A DNA stretch of 64,000 nucleotides from Neoechinorhynchus agilis. Taxonomy: Eukaryota; Animalia; Acanthocephala. The notes beneath the pieces are model-generated. The model ran no database searches, had not been told where the DNA came from, and saw only the letters and a program-made list of their open reading frames with translations. The stretch covers positions 1,894,797 to 1,958,796 of the forward strand of contig CM121342.1 of assembly GCA_051530055.1 (NCBI GenBank). The letters run 5' to 3'. Shown in pieces: positions 1 to 14,100 of this stretch; within the stretch, counting starts at the first letter, position 1, and each line of letters starts with the position of its first letter. Made by a program: the position numbers and the translations under genes.

Positions 1-242
1 CAGCCCAGCGTTTGCAAAATATTTAAAATTATTCAAATACACTGTATTTCTCAGCACAAAAAAGGATGCAAATGAGCAAAATTCAAGAAATTATAAACAT
101 TCTCCTTGCTTTTATCTAAAGAATCATTCTGAGAAAAGCTAAGTCTAAGCGTCTAAAAAACATAAACGAAGTTCAATCTCTTCTGTTAACTACACAACGT
201 AAATTCGTTTCACATTTTTCAATGCCGCTTGAAACATGTCGT

Positions 243-1803
243 CTACAATCGGCTGATGGCTTCCATAAGCATGCTATGAGTGTTATCTTCAACGATCCAC
301 CATGGTGGTCGATTTTCATATTCGTCATAGGTGTCTTTTAAATACTCTGGAATTTGATGGGAGAACTTCTTACTTCGTCTGTATCTAAATTCATATCCAC
401 ATCGACGTTCCTTATCTGTTAGTCTGTTATAATCTAGCTGTTGAATGGCACGGGGATCCGTGCGTTGCTTCTCTCTCTTGGTCTCAACCTTCTTTGCTTC
501 TTTTATCAAATCAACTCCGAAATTGTTCAATAGATACTGAGCCTTTCGGTTTTCGACCTCAACGGGATCCATACCAAGAGAAACCATTTTGCGACTTCTT
601 CGATATCGGTGCTCATATCCGACGGATAAGACTTCCGATGGGTAAATTTCCGATAGAGGCACTTTAATATCAACCACAGGTTTCACCTCTTTTTTCTTCT
701 CAATAGCTTTTTGTTCGTCTTGAATCTTTCTACTCAATCTATATCGATGCGCGTATCCAATCGAGCCATGAGGAATCGAATTCTTTGGAGTTTGGATTTC
801 ATCTTCAACTTCGTCGTTGCTAATAGCTCTCTCAGCAGCAATCTTTCTACTCTTACGATAACGATAAGCATATCCAATTGAACCATGAGCGATTGCTTCT
901 CTAGGTTCCGGCAATTGTACTTCAGCCCATTCTACGCATTTATTAAAAACAAGAAGACTGTAAAGCCACGATCCAAGTACCTCTGAACCCGCTACCGGTG
1001 CTGCGTCACCCGCCTTCATCCTGCTTATTCGATACCGATACTCATAGCCAGCTCTTGGCTTCTCTTCCTTATTATCTATTAGACTCAAATTAACTTTGTA
1101 ACTTAATAAAACAAAAACCTTCCACGCATACGTGCTAATTTGAGTCTTTTTCAACACTTTCGATTCCTTCCCCCGTCGCAGCAGCCTTCTCTTGTGCTTT
1201 TAAGAAGTTGCTGATTCGGTAGCGGTAAGCGTACCCTACACTCCGGCTAACCAAATCTACGGAGTCTGGAGACGATGAAATACTCAGCAACTGGCGGGAA
1301 GTGGGAGCTCGTCTAATTGGAGGCTCAACTTCGTCCACACTATCTTTCACAAACAAATTACGAAACCATTGACGAACAAAAGCCAATGAGTAGAATCGGC
1401 TTGGTGCAGCCGTTGACGATAACACAACCGATTGTTCCTTCTTCCTAAATTTATCTTTAGCCGATCTTTTTAAATTGATCTTGGGTTCCTTCCTCACTTG
1501 CTCGACTTTTTTACTCCTCTTCTTTGTTGAGTCCTTCTTTTTCGCAACCTTGACAGATTCCTTTTTGCATTTTTTCTTCTTTTGTCTTTCTGAATCTTTA
1601 GTTTTTCGCTTTTTTCCTGCATCCTTTTTCTTCTTTTTTTGACACTTAGACTCAGAATCACGCTTCGTTGATCGTGTTAGTAATATTTCCTTTTTGATTG
1701 GTCGACTTAGATCGTCCAATGATAGATCGGTTGAAAGAGTCTTGTTTGATCGACGATGAGTGGAAAGCAAATTGAGACTTGACCAAGAAACTTGCCGGTA
1801 CAA
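243..1803 (-). CDS. Orphan basic protein with six GY[AE][YHF]RYRxS[RKN] repeats and a Lys-rich N-terminal region; at least two exons, 5' end unresolved
   Basis: ORFs 1135-1803 and 243-1157 share the repeat motif. Acceptor TAATAG at 1076-1077. In-frame joining needs either the weak donor GTGTTG (1157) or the donor GTATGC (1131) plus one extra A in the 1147-1151 homopolymer. Confidence 0.6.
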
Positions 1804-2248
1804 CTACAAGCATATTCAAAAAAAATTTCACCAAACGGATAACAAAATTGAGGCCAGTTCTATATCGTGCAACGGTCAACTTAGAAGAAATCTGTGTTTT
1901 TCTGAACAGTTTCGAATGCGTTTTCTTAAATTAGAACCTTTAAAATTTAACAAGTGTATTTTACGCATACACTTTTGGTATACACCCATTTGATGGATGC
2001 GGGAAATTTTGAAAATCTGCATTTCACGACGCAATCTGTAGTCCATAACGTTAAAAACAATTTTTTAAAAATGAAATATAATGGTTTAATGTTGTTGATT
2101 CAGTTACCGCCGATATAATTAGCGGGCGTGCATTACGGTGCAAGAACGTTTAGTTTTCCCACCCAAGGCGACCCTTCGTCACCTATTGTCCCTCTCGATT
2201 GACCAACAGAAAATTCATTATTTTTGGTACCTTCGTATTTCCCTTTTT

Positions 2249-4553
2249 TCATAGTTCGTCTTTGAGAGCCGCCTCTTCGGGAAACTTTATCTAACATGCG
2301 ATGGAAAAGAGGTCATGCACTACGACAAGCAGCTTGACACTCATCATACCTGTTCACTCAATTGTTCCTTAAAGCCCATTTTTTGTCCTACAAGTTCCTC
2401 GACTTTATCTGCGTACTGTTTCGTGTTTTCCACTTCGTATCCAGATCGAATAAGTGCAGTTTGAACTAGCATACGAGCGGCCTCTCTTAATTCCGGGTCC
2501 GATGGATCTTTCTAAATTACACGATAAAGAACAATTTAGATTATTTAATGATTTTTCGCCCCCCCCTAAAAAGCTGAAATACCTTAACGCGTTCAAGAAG
2601 TCCCTGGATGATTGGATGGTTCGGATTGATTTCCAATTTCCGCTTCATTGCTGCAAAATGAGTTGTAGCGACGTCTCCTCCAACCTTCTGATACGCCTGT
2701 GACATTGCAATTCTTTGCATGTTTCCATCATATCCCCATTGAGCAGCAACAAACACCATGCAAGCCGATACCAATCGATCACTGACGTGTGCACTAAGGA
2801 CCTTTTCTTTAAAATTATCGGTCAAATACCGAGTAAGTGGTTCAAATCGTTCTTCAACCTCTTTGAGATCTTCAGCTGTGGTGTTGGAAAGAAGAAGACC
2901 TTCTTTAGCGACATTCTGAAACTTCTTTCCTTCAAACTCGGGAATGGCTTGAAGAGCGAATTCATCGATGGCATCGACGAGATACAGAACCTCGTATCCC
3001 ATTGTACGGACACGTTCGGCAAACGCACTGCTTTCTGCTTCTTGAACGCTTCTGCCTGAAACGTAATAGATGAATGGCGGTTGTTCTGCTTTCATTCTCT
3101 CAACGTAATTTTGAAGACTTGTAAAGTTTTGTGGTGATTCAGATGAGTAGAAACGAAGGAGACGAGCAAGACGTAACCGATTACGACCGTCTTCAATGAG
3201 TCCATGTTTAATATTTGTACCATATTCTCGCCAAAAACTGTTGTACAATTCTGAACTGAGAGAAGCGAGAAGATCAAGGATTTTCCTGACGATTTTCCGT
3301 ACGATTACTTGAAGGATTTTAGAGTGTTGAATAGTTTCCCGACTTACATTAAGAGGCAGATCGTCACTATCGACAACGACATACACAAATCTCAGATATT
3401 CCGGCATCGTGGACGCATTAAAGTTCGAAATGAGAACACGTTTTACGTACAGTCGGAAATTGTTTTCCCTCACGCCACTCATTTGTTTCATTGGATCTAG
3501 TTTTCGTTGAAGAAAAAGAAGACATGTACATTGGACTTCGCTCTCCACCCCAAAATGACTATAAGCAAGCGGCGTATCATTTTTCTTACCGGTCAAAGCT
3601 TCATAAAATTCATTGTATTGCTCCTCTTTAACGTCCTTGGGATTTCGTCGCCATATCGCTTCAACTTCATTCACGCGAACCCACTCAGAATTCTTGTAGA
3701 GTAGAATTGGGAACACAACAAATTGGCTATATTGACGAATAACCTGTTCGAGTTTTCGTTCATCCAAATAATCGGAAGCATCATCACGAAGCTGAAGAAT
3801 AAGTTCGGTACCGCGACCAAGAGTGTTTCCACGTGGATCTTTAGCTACCTTAAACGATTTCCCATCTGATTCCCAGACGTGTTGTTCATGATCATCATTA
3901 TGTTTGGATACCACACGAACTTTGTCTGAAACAAGAAAAGCGGAATATAGACCAACACCGAATTGACCGATCATATCAGCGAATTGATTTTGCATTTCGC
4001 TTGCCTTCGTCTTATCTTTCTGTTCAGCGTATTCTTTAGCGAATCGGAAAGTACCGGACCTTGCAACTGTCCCAAGATAATCCCGTAAATGTTCCCGCGT
4101 CATTCCAATGCCCGTGTCCCTGATACTTAGAGTCTTCGCGTTTCTATCAATTCTAATTCTAATCTCAAGCTCCTTTGTTTCACCCAATACATTCGGATCA
4201 GTGATTGATTGAATTCGGAGCTTGTCAAGAGCGTCACTTCCGTTCGAAATGAGTTCACGAATGAAGATATCTCTATTTTGGTAAAGAGAATTGATTATCA
4301 ATTTCATTAAACGGTCGATTTCAGTATTAAATTCTTGCGAGTGAGTGTTCTCCAACTCAAGACCAAGAATGTCTTCTTCTTGACCATCATCATTCAAATC
4401 AGCTTCATCTTCACCATTTAAGTCTTCACCGTGATTTTCGCTCACTTCTTTTCCTGCAGTTGTATCTTCGGCAGCGTAATCAGCCGTCTCAATGGATGGA
4501 CTGGCCAGATTGCTCCAGAGGAGCAGAACTAACAAAACCAGCAAATGTCTCAT
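2249..4553 (-). CDS. HSP90B1: Endoplasmin / GRP94 (ER HSP90); exons 4553-2583, 2511-2350, 2290-2249
   Basis: Signal peptide MRHLLVLLVLLLW; HSP90 motifs IRELISNGSDALDK, DTGIGMT, IGQFGVGLYS, LPLNVSRE. Manual splicing across GT-AG introns of 71 and 59 nt gives a C-terminus AALKDEL-stop. Confidence 0.97.
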
Positions 4554-5104
4554 CTCCTCCAAGAATCTGAAATGGATGGTCGACGACGACAGTTAGAATC
4601 CACAAATGCGACGATAAAGGAGAATCCGTTCGCACTCGAGCAAGAGCGCAAGACGTCGCATGATGCCTTCAAAGAACCTAATATAGGATGAGATATTTGT
4701 GGAGGCAGATTCTGGCGCACGACGACGGTGCGCCGCATACAACGAGGTAACATCCGCTTGTTTCATTAGCGAATGAATGCGCTCGTACGCGAGGAGTAAG
4801 ATTACCAAAGACACTCGCAAGCATTTTCACGAGTGACTTTTAACCTCGGAAACCTCGCGCTTGGTTACAATATGTAAAAAACGAAAGATAGCTTGAAAAT
4901 AACACAAGCGGTGACATCAAAGGGATTTCGAGAAGATGAATTCTTCTTCCGTGGAATTTCGCGCGTTTTTCGGACAGCTCACAGACATTTCAAATCATAG
5001 ATAAGATCTTGTCTGTGCTCTTGTCACTGTCAAGGATCTGCACGGAGGTGTAAGATGGCGTTCTAAGGATTTATTCCTGCAGTTTCAAGTGTCAATTCTA
5101 TCAG

Positions 5105-5112
5105 TGACGTCA
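5105..5112. promoter_or_regulatory. Palindromic CRE/ATF-type site TGACGTCA about 550 bp upstream of HSP90B1
   Basis: Exact 8-mer seen. bZIP UPR factors bind ACGT-core sites, but function here is inference only. Confidence 0.25.
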
Positions 5113-5190
5113 TGTCACATTCCCTTCGGCCCAGAGATACTCAAGCGTAGTTTGGTACCGCAGTGAAGACCACTCCTATTGTCAAACGCC

Positions 5191-8100
5191 GTTTCTCAGT
5201 GTCAAAAGCGTTTACTTTCGTTCTAAGAATGTCTTAGCATCGGGCGACTCGTTTGGGTCAAACGATGACTCTGCATTCTACGGGATTTGTAAGTTCATTT
5301 TAGAGCCTGGAATGAGGCAGTTCGCAAAAACCCAGCTTTTAGTTTTGGATTAGTTTTTAAGACGGGAAAATACCGTCCGTATAACAACTAATCCAGACTA
5401 TTGATTACGGAACACATGTAATGATCCTGTTTTTGTTTTAAGAATAGTAAATAAAACTCTTAAAAAATAATTTTGCTCTGATTACCCTACTGAGTTTCTC
5501 AGTGTAAAAAGCGTTTACTTTCGTTCTGAGAATGTCTTAGCATCGGGAGACTCGTTTGGGTCACACGATGACTCTGCATTCTACGGGATTTGTTGGTTCA
5601 TTTTAGAGCCTGGAATGAGGCAGTTCGCAAAAACCCAGCTTTTAGTTTTGGATTAGTTTTTAAGACGGGAAAATACCGTCCGTATAACAACTAATCCAGA
5701 CTATTGATTACGGAACACATGTAATGATCCTGTTTTTGTTTTAAGAATAGTAAATAAAACTCTTAAAAAATAATTTTGCTCTGATTACCCTACTGAGTTT
5801 CTCAGTGTAAAAAGCGTTTACTTTCGTTCTGAGAATGTCTTAGCATCGGGAGACTCGTTTGGGTCACACGATGACTCTGCATTCTACGGGATTTGTTGGT
5901 TCATTTTAGAGCCTGGAATGAGGCAGTTCGCAAAAACCAAGCTTTCAGTTTTGGATTAGTTTTAGAGACGGGAGAATACCGTCCGTATAACAACTAATCC
6001 AGACAATTGATTACGGAACACATGTAATGATCCTGTTTTCGTTTTAAGAATCGTAAATAAAATTCTTAAAAAAAATTTTGTTCTGATTGCCCTACTGAGT
6101 TTCTCAGTGTAAAAAGCGTTTACTTTCGTTCTAAGAATGTCTTAGCATCGGGAGACTCGTTTGGGTCACACGATGACTCTGCATTCTACGGGATTTGTTG
6201 GTTCATTTTAGAGCCTGGAATGAGGCAGTTCGCAAAAACCCAGCTTTTAGTTTTGGATTAGTTTTTAAGACGGGAGAATACCGTCCGTATAACAACTAAT
6301 CCAGACAATTGATTACGGAACACATGTAATGATCCTGTTTTCGTTTTAAGAATCGTAAATAAAACTCTTAAAAAAGAATTTTGTTCTGATTGCCCTACTG
6401 AGTTTCTCAGTGTAAAAAGCGTTTACTTTCGTTCTAAGAATGTCTTAGCATCGGGAGACTCGTTTGGGTCACACGATGACTCTGCATTCTACGGGATTTG
6501 TTGGTTCATTTTAGAGCCTGGAATGAGGCAGTTCGCAAAAACCAAGCTTTCAGTTTTGGATTAGTTTTAGAGACGGGAGAATACCGTCCGTATAACAACT
6601 AATCCAGGCAATTGATTACGGAACACATGTAATGATCCTGTTTTCGTTTTAAGAATCGTAAATAAAATTCTTAAAAAAGAATTTTGTTCTGATTGCCCTA
6701 CTGAGTTTCTCAGTGTAAAAAGCGTTTACTTTCGTTCTAAGAATGTCTTAGCATCGGGAGACTCGTTTGGGTCACACGATGACTCTGCATTCTACGGGAT
6801 TTGTTGGTTCATTTAGAGCCTGGAATGAGACAGTTCGCAAAAACCAGCTTTAGTTTTGGATTAGTTTAAGACGGGAGAATACCGTCCGTATAACAACTAA
6901 TCCAGACTATTGATTACGGAACACATGTAATGATCCTGTTTTCGTTTTAAGAATCGTAAATAAAATTCTTAAAAAAAGAATTTTGTTCTGATTGCCCTAC
7001 TGAGTTTCTCAGTGTAAAAAGCGTTTACTTTCGTTCTAAGAATGTCTTAGCATCGGGAGACTCGTTTGGGTCACACGATGACTCTGCATTCTATGGGATT
7101 TGTTGGCACATTTCAGAGCTTGGAATGAGGCAGTTCGCAAAAACCCAGCTTTTAGTTTTGGATTAGTTTTTAAGACGGGAGAATACCGTCCGTATAACAA
7201 CTAATCCAGACAATTGATTACGGAACACATGTAATGATCCTGTTTTCGTTTTAAGAATCGTAAATAAAACTCTAAAAAAAGAATTTTGTTCTGATTGCCC
7301 TACTGAGTTTCTCAGTGTAAAAAGCGTTTACTTTCGTTCTAAGAATGTCTTAGCATCGGGAGACTCGTTTGGGTCACACGATGACTCTGCATTCTATGGG
7401 ATTTGTTGGCACATTTCAGAGCTTGGAATGAGGCAGTTCGCAAAAACCCAGCTTTAGTTTTGGATTAGTTTTTAAGACGGGAGAATACCGTCCATTTAAC
7501 AACTAATCCAGGCAACTGATTACGGAACACATGAAATGATCCTGTTTTCGTTTTAAGAATCGTGGGTAAAATTCTTAAAAAAAATTTGTTCTGATTGCTC
7601 TACTGAGTTTCTCAGTGTAAAAAGCGTTTACTTTCGTTCTAAGAATGTCTTAGCATCGGGCGACTTGTTTGGGTCACACGATGACTCTGCATTCTACGGG
7701 ATTTGTTGGTTCATTTTAGAGCCTGGAATGAGGCAGTTCGCAAAAACCCAGCTTTCAGTTTTGGATTAGTTTTCAAGACGGGAAAATACCGTCCGTTTAA
7801 CAACTAATCCAGACAATTGATTATGGAACACATGTAATGATCCTGTTTTCGTTTTAAGAATCGTAAATAAAACTCTTAAAAAAAGAATTTTGTTCTGATT
7901 GCCCTACTGAGTTTCTCAGTGTAAAAAGCGTTTACTTTCGTTCTAAGAATGTCTTAGCATCGGGAGACTCGTTTGGGTCACACGATGACTCTGCATTCTA
8001 TGGGATTGTTGGCACATTTCAGAGCTTGGAATGAGGCAGTTCGCAAAAACCCAGCTTTCAGTTTTGGATTAGTTTTCAAGACGGAAAATACCGTCCATTA

Positions 8101-11100
8101 ACAACTAATCCAGGCAACTGATTATGGAACACATGAAATGATCCAGTTTTCGTTTTAAGAATCGTGGGTAAAATTCTTAAAAAAATTGTTCTGATTGCTC
8201 TACTGAGTTTCTCAGTGTCAAAAGCGTTCACTTTCGTTCTAAGAATGTCTTAGCATCGGGCGACTTGTTTGGGTCACACGATGACTCTGCATTCTACGGG
8301 ATTTGTTGGTTCATTTTAGAGCCTGGAATGAGGCAGTTCGCAAAAACCCAGCTTTTAGTTTTGGATTAGTTTTTAAGACGGGAGAATACCGTCCATTTAA
8401 CAACTAATCCAGGCAACTGATTACGGAACACATGAAATGATCCTGTTTTCGTTTTAAGAATCGTGGGTAAAATTCTTAAAAATATTTTGTTCTGATTGCT
8501 CTACTGAGTTTCTCAGTGTCAAAAGCGTTCACTTTCGTTCTAAGAATGTCTTAGCATCGGGCGACTTGTTTGGGTCACACGATGACTCTGCATTCTACGG
8601 GATTTGTTGGTTCATTTTAGAGCCTGGAATGAGGCTGTTCGCAAAAACCAAGCTTTCAGTGTTGGATTAGTTTTCAAGACGGGAAAATACCGTCCGTTTA
8701 ACAACTAATCCAGACAATTGATTACGGAACACATGTAATGATCCTGTTTTCGTTTTAAGAATCGTAAATAAAATTCTTAAAAAAAGAATTTTGTTCTGAT
8801 TGCCCTACTGAGTTTCTCAGTGTAAAAAGCGTTTACTTTCGTTCTAAGAATGTCTTAGCATCGGGAGACTCGTTTGGGTCACACGATGACTGCATTCTAC
8901 GGGATTTGTTGGTTCATTTTAGAGCCTGGAATGAGGCAGTTCGCAAAAACCCAGCTTTTAGTTTTGGATTAGTTTTTAAGACGGGAGAATACCGTCCATT
9001 TAACAACTAATCCAGGCAACTGATTACGGAACACATGAAATGATCCTGTTTTCGTTTTAAGAATCGTGGGTAAAATTCTTAAAAATAATTTTGTTCTGAT
9101 TGCCCTACTGAGTTTCTCAGTGTAAAAAGCGTTCACTTTCGTTCTAAGAATGTCTTAGCATCGGGCGACTTGTTTGGGTCACACGATGACTCTGCATTCT
9201 ACGGGATTTGTTGGTTCATTTTAGAGCCTGGAATGAGGCAGTTCGCAAAAACCCAGCTTTTAGTTTTGGATTAGTTTTTAAGACGGGAGAATACCGTCCG
9301 TTTAACAACTAATCCAGGCAACTGATTACGGAACACATGTAATGATCCTGTTTTCGTTTTAAGAATCGTGGGTAAAATTCTTAAAAAAAATTTGTTCTGA
9401 TTGCTCTACTGAGTTTCTCAGTGTAAAAAGCGTTCACTTTCGTTCTAAGAATGTCTTAGCATCGGGCGACTTGTTTGGGTCACACGATGACTCTGCATTC
9501 TACGGGATTTGTTGGTTCATTTTAGAGCCTGGAATGAGGCAGTTCGCAAAAACCCAGCTTTCAGTTTTGGATTAGTTTTCAAGACGGGAAAATACCGTCC
9601 GTTTAACAACTAATCCAGACAATTGATTACGGAACACATGTAATGATCCTGTTTTCGTTTTAAGAATCGTAAATAAAACTCTTAAAAAAAGAATTTTGTT
9701 CTGATTGCCCTACTGAGTTTCTCAGTGTAAAAAGCGTTTACTTTCGTTCTAAGAATGTCTTAGCATCGGGAGACTCGTTTGGGTCACACGATGACTCTGC
9801 ATTCTATGGGATTTGTTGGCACATTTCAGAGCTTGGAATGAGGCAGTTCGCAAAAACCCAGCTTTCAGTTTTGGATTAGTTTTCAAGACGGGAAAATACC
9901 GTCCATGTAACAACTAATCCAGGCAACTGATTATGGAACACATGAAATGATCCAGTTTTCGTTTTAAGAATCGTGGGTAAAATTCTTAAAAAAAAATTGT
10001 TCTGATTGCTCTACTGAGTTTCTCAGTGTCAAAAGCGTTCACTTTCGTTCTAAGAATGTCTTAGCATCGGGCGACTTGTTTGGGTCACACGATGACTCTG
10101 CATTCTACGGGATTTGTTGGTTCATTTTAGAGCCTGGAATGAGGCAGTTCGCAAAAACCCAGCTTTTAGTTTTGGATTAGTTTTTAAGACGGGAGAATAC
10201 CGTCCATTTAACAACTAATCCAGGCAACTGATTACGGAACACATGAAATGATCCTGTTTTCGTTTTAAGAATCGTGGGTAAAATTCTTAAAAATTTTTTG
10301 TTCTGATTGCTCTACTGAGTTTCTCAGTGTCAAAAGCGTTCACTTTCGTTCTAAGAATGTCTTAGCATCGGGCGACTTGTTTGGGTCACACGATGACTCT
10401 GCATTCTACGGGATTTGTTGGTTCAGTTTAGAGCCTGGAATGAGGCTGTTCGCAAAAACCAAGCTTTCAGTGTTGGATTAGTTTTCAAGACGGGAAAATA
10501 CCGTCCGTTTAACAACTAATCCAGACAATTGATTACGGAACACATGTAATGATCCTGTTTTCGTTTTAAGAATCGTGGGTAAAATTCTTAAAAAATTTTG
10601 TTCTGATTGCCCTACTGAGTTTCTCAGTGTAAAAAGCGTTCACTTTCGTTCTAAGAATGTCTTAGCATCGGGAGACTCGTTTGGGTCACACGATGACTCT
10701 GCATTCTACGGGATTTGTTGGTTCATTTTAGAGCCTGGAATGAGGCAGTTCGCAAAAACCAAGCTTTCAGTTTTGGATTAGTTTTCAAGACGGGAAAATA
10801 CCGTCCGTTTAACAACTAATCCAGACAATTGATTACGGAACACATGTAATGATCCTGTTTTCGTTTTAAGAATCGGTAAAATTCTTAAAAAAATTTTGTT
10901 CTGATTGCCCTACTGAGTTTCTCAGTGTAAAAAGCGTTCACTTTCGTTCTAAGAATGTCTTAGCATCGGGCGACTTGTTTGGGTCACACGATGACTCTGC
11001 ATTCTACGGGATTTGTTGGTTCATTTTAGAGCCTGGAATGAGGCAGTTCGCAAAAACCAAGCTTTTAGTTTTGGATTAGTTTTTAAGACGGGAGAATACC

Positions 11101-14100
11101 GTCCGTTTAACAACTAATCCAGGCAACTGATTACGGAACACATGAAATGATCCTGTTTTCGTTTTAAGAATCGTGGGTAAAATTCTTAAAATATTTTTGT
11201 TCTGATTGCCCTACTGAGTTTCTCAGTGTAAAAAGCGTTCACTTTCGTTCTAAGAATGTCTTAGCATCGGGCGACTTGTTTGGGTCACACGATGACTCTG
11301 CATTCTACGGGATTTGTTGGTTCATTTTAGAGCCTGGAATGAGGCAGTTCGCAAAAACCCAGCTTTCAGTTTTGGATTAGTTTTCAAGACGGGAAAATAC
11401 CGTCCGTATAACAACTAATCCAGACGATTGATTACGGAACACATGTAATGATCCTGTTTTCGTTTTAAGAATCGTAAATAAAACTCTTAAAAAAAGAATT
11501 TTGTTCTGATTGCCCTACTGAGTTTCTCAGTGTAAAAAGCGTTTACTTTCGTTCTAAGAATGTCTTAGCATCGGGCGACTTGTTTGGGTCACACGATGAC
11601 TCTGCATTCTACGGGATTTGTTGGTTCATTTTAGAGCCTGGAATGAGGCAGTTCGCAAAAACCCAGCTTTCAGTTTTGGATTAGTTTTCAGGACGGGAAA
11701 ATACCGTCCGTATAACAACTAATCCAGACAATTGATTACGGAACACATGTAATGATCCTGTTTTCGTTTTAAGAATCGTAGATAAAATTCTTAAAAAAAG
11801 AATTTTGTTCTGATTGCCCTACTGAGTTTCTCAGTGTAAAAAGCGTTCACTTTCGTTCTAAGAATGTCTTAGCATCGGGCGACTTGTTTGGGTCACACGA
11901 TGACTCTGCATTCTACGGGATTTGTTGGTTCATTTTAGAGCCTGGAATGAGGCAGTTCGCAAAAACCCAGCTTTCAGTTTTGGATTAGTTTTCAAGACGG
12001 GAAAATACCGTCCATATAACAACTAATCCAGGCAACTGATTACGGAACACATGAAATGATCCTGTTTTCGTTTTAAGAATCGTGGGTAAAATTCTTAAAA
12101 AAAATTTGTTCTGATTGCTCTACTGAGTTTCTCAGTGTCAAAAGCGTTCACTTTCGTTCTAAGAATGTCTTAGCATCGGGCGACTTGTTTGGGTCACACG
12201 ATGACTCTGCATTCTACGGGATTTGTTAGTTCATTTTAGAGCCTGGAATGAGGCTGTTCGCAAAAACCAAGCTTTCAGTGTTGGATTAGTTTTCAAGACG
12301 GGAAAATACCGTCCGTTTAACAACTAATCCAGGCAACTGATTACGGAACACATGAAATGATCCTGTTTTCGTTTTAAGAATCGTGGGTAAAATTCTTAAA
12401 AAAAGAATTTTGTTCTGATTGCCCTACTGAGTTTCTCAGTGTAAAAAGCGTTCACTTTCGTTCTAAGAATGTCTTAGCATCGGGCGACTTGTTTGGGTCA
12501 CACGATGACTCTGCATTCTACGGGATTTGTTGGTTCATTTTAGAGCCTGGAATGAGGCAGTTCGCAAAAACCCAGCTTTTAGTTTTGGATTAGTTTTCAA
12601 GACGGGAAAATACCGTCCGTTTAACAACTAATCCAGACAATTGATTACGGAACACATGTAATGATCCTGTTTTCGTTTTAAGAATCGTAAATAAAACTCT
12701 TAAAAAAAGAATTTTGTTCTGATTGCCCTACTGAGTTTCTCAGTGTAAAAAGCGTTTACTTTCGTTCTAAGAATGTCTTAGCATCGGGAGACTCGTTTGG
12801 GTCACACGATGACTCTGCATTCTATTGGATTTGTTGGCACATTTCAGAGCTTGGAATGATGCAGTTCGCAAAAACCCAGCTTTCAGTTTTGGATTAGTTT
12901 TCAAGACGGGAAAATACCGTCCATGTAACAACTAATCCAGGCAACTGATTATGGAACACATGAAATGATCCTGTTTTCGTTTTAAGAATCGTGGGTAAAA
13001 TTCTTAAAAAAAATTGTTCTGATTGCTCTACTGAGTTTCTCAGTGTAAAAAGCGTTCACTTTCGTTCTAAGAATGTCTTAGCATCGGGCGACTTGTTTGG
13101 GTCACACGATGACTCTGCATTCTACGGGATTTGTTGGTTCATTTTAGAGCCTGGAATGAGGCAGTTCGCAAAAACCCAGCTTTTAGTTTTGGATTAGTTT
13201 TTAAGACGGGAGAATACCGTCCATTTAACAACTAATCCAGGCAACTGATTACGGAACACATGAAATGATCCTGTTTTCGTTTTAAGAATCGTAGGTAAAA
13301 TTCTTAAAAAAATTTTGTTCTGATTGCCCTACTGAGTTTCTCAGTGTAAAAAGCGTTCACTTTCGTTCTAAGAATGTCTTAGCATCGGGCGACTTGTTTG
13401 GGTCACACGATGACTCTGCATTCTACGGGATTTGTTGGTTCATTTTAGAGCCTGGAATGAGGCAGTTCGCAAAAACCCAGCTTTCAGTTTTGGATTAGTT
13501 TTCAAGACGGGAAAATACCGTCCGTTTAACAACTAATCCAGACAATTGATTACGGAACACATGTAATGATCCTGTTTTCGTTTTAAGAATCGTAAATAAA
13601 ATTCTTAAAAAAAGAATTTTGTTCTGATTGCCCTACTGAGTTTCTCAGTGTAAAAAGCGTTTACTTTCGTTCTAAGAATGTCTTAGCATCGGGAGACTCG
13701 TTTGGGTCACACGATGACTCTGCATTCTATGGGATTTGTTGGCACATTTCAGAGCTTGGAATGAGGCAGTTCGCAAAAACCCAGCTTTCAGTTTTGGATT
13801 AGTTTTCAAGACGGGAGAATACCGTCCATTTAACAACTAATCCAGGCAACTGATTACGGAACACATGTAATGATCCTGTTTTCGTTTTAAGAATCGTGGG
13901 TAAAATTCTTAAAAAAAATTTGTTCTGATTGCTCTACTGAGTTTCTCAGTGTAAAAAGCGTTCACTTTCGTTCTAAGAATGTCTTAGCATCGGGCGACTT
14001 GTTTGGGTCACACGATGACTCTGCATTCTACGGGATTTGTTGGTTCATTTTAGAGCCTGGAATGAGGCAGTTCGCAAAAACCCAGCTTTCAGTTTTGGAT

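Noticed and set aside
1147-1151. Programmed frameshift or TAG readthrough in the repeat-protein gene
   Set aside because: Explained more simply by an alternative donor at 1157 or a one-base homopolymer error. Long genes here (SMC2, Mhc) show the standard code.
5346-5378. 5S rRNA-like stretch GGATTAGT...GACGGGAGAATACC in the 302-bp unit
   Set aside because: Only a loose box-C-like resemblance; the 5' half and terminal stem of 5S are absent.
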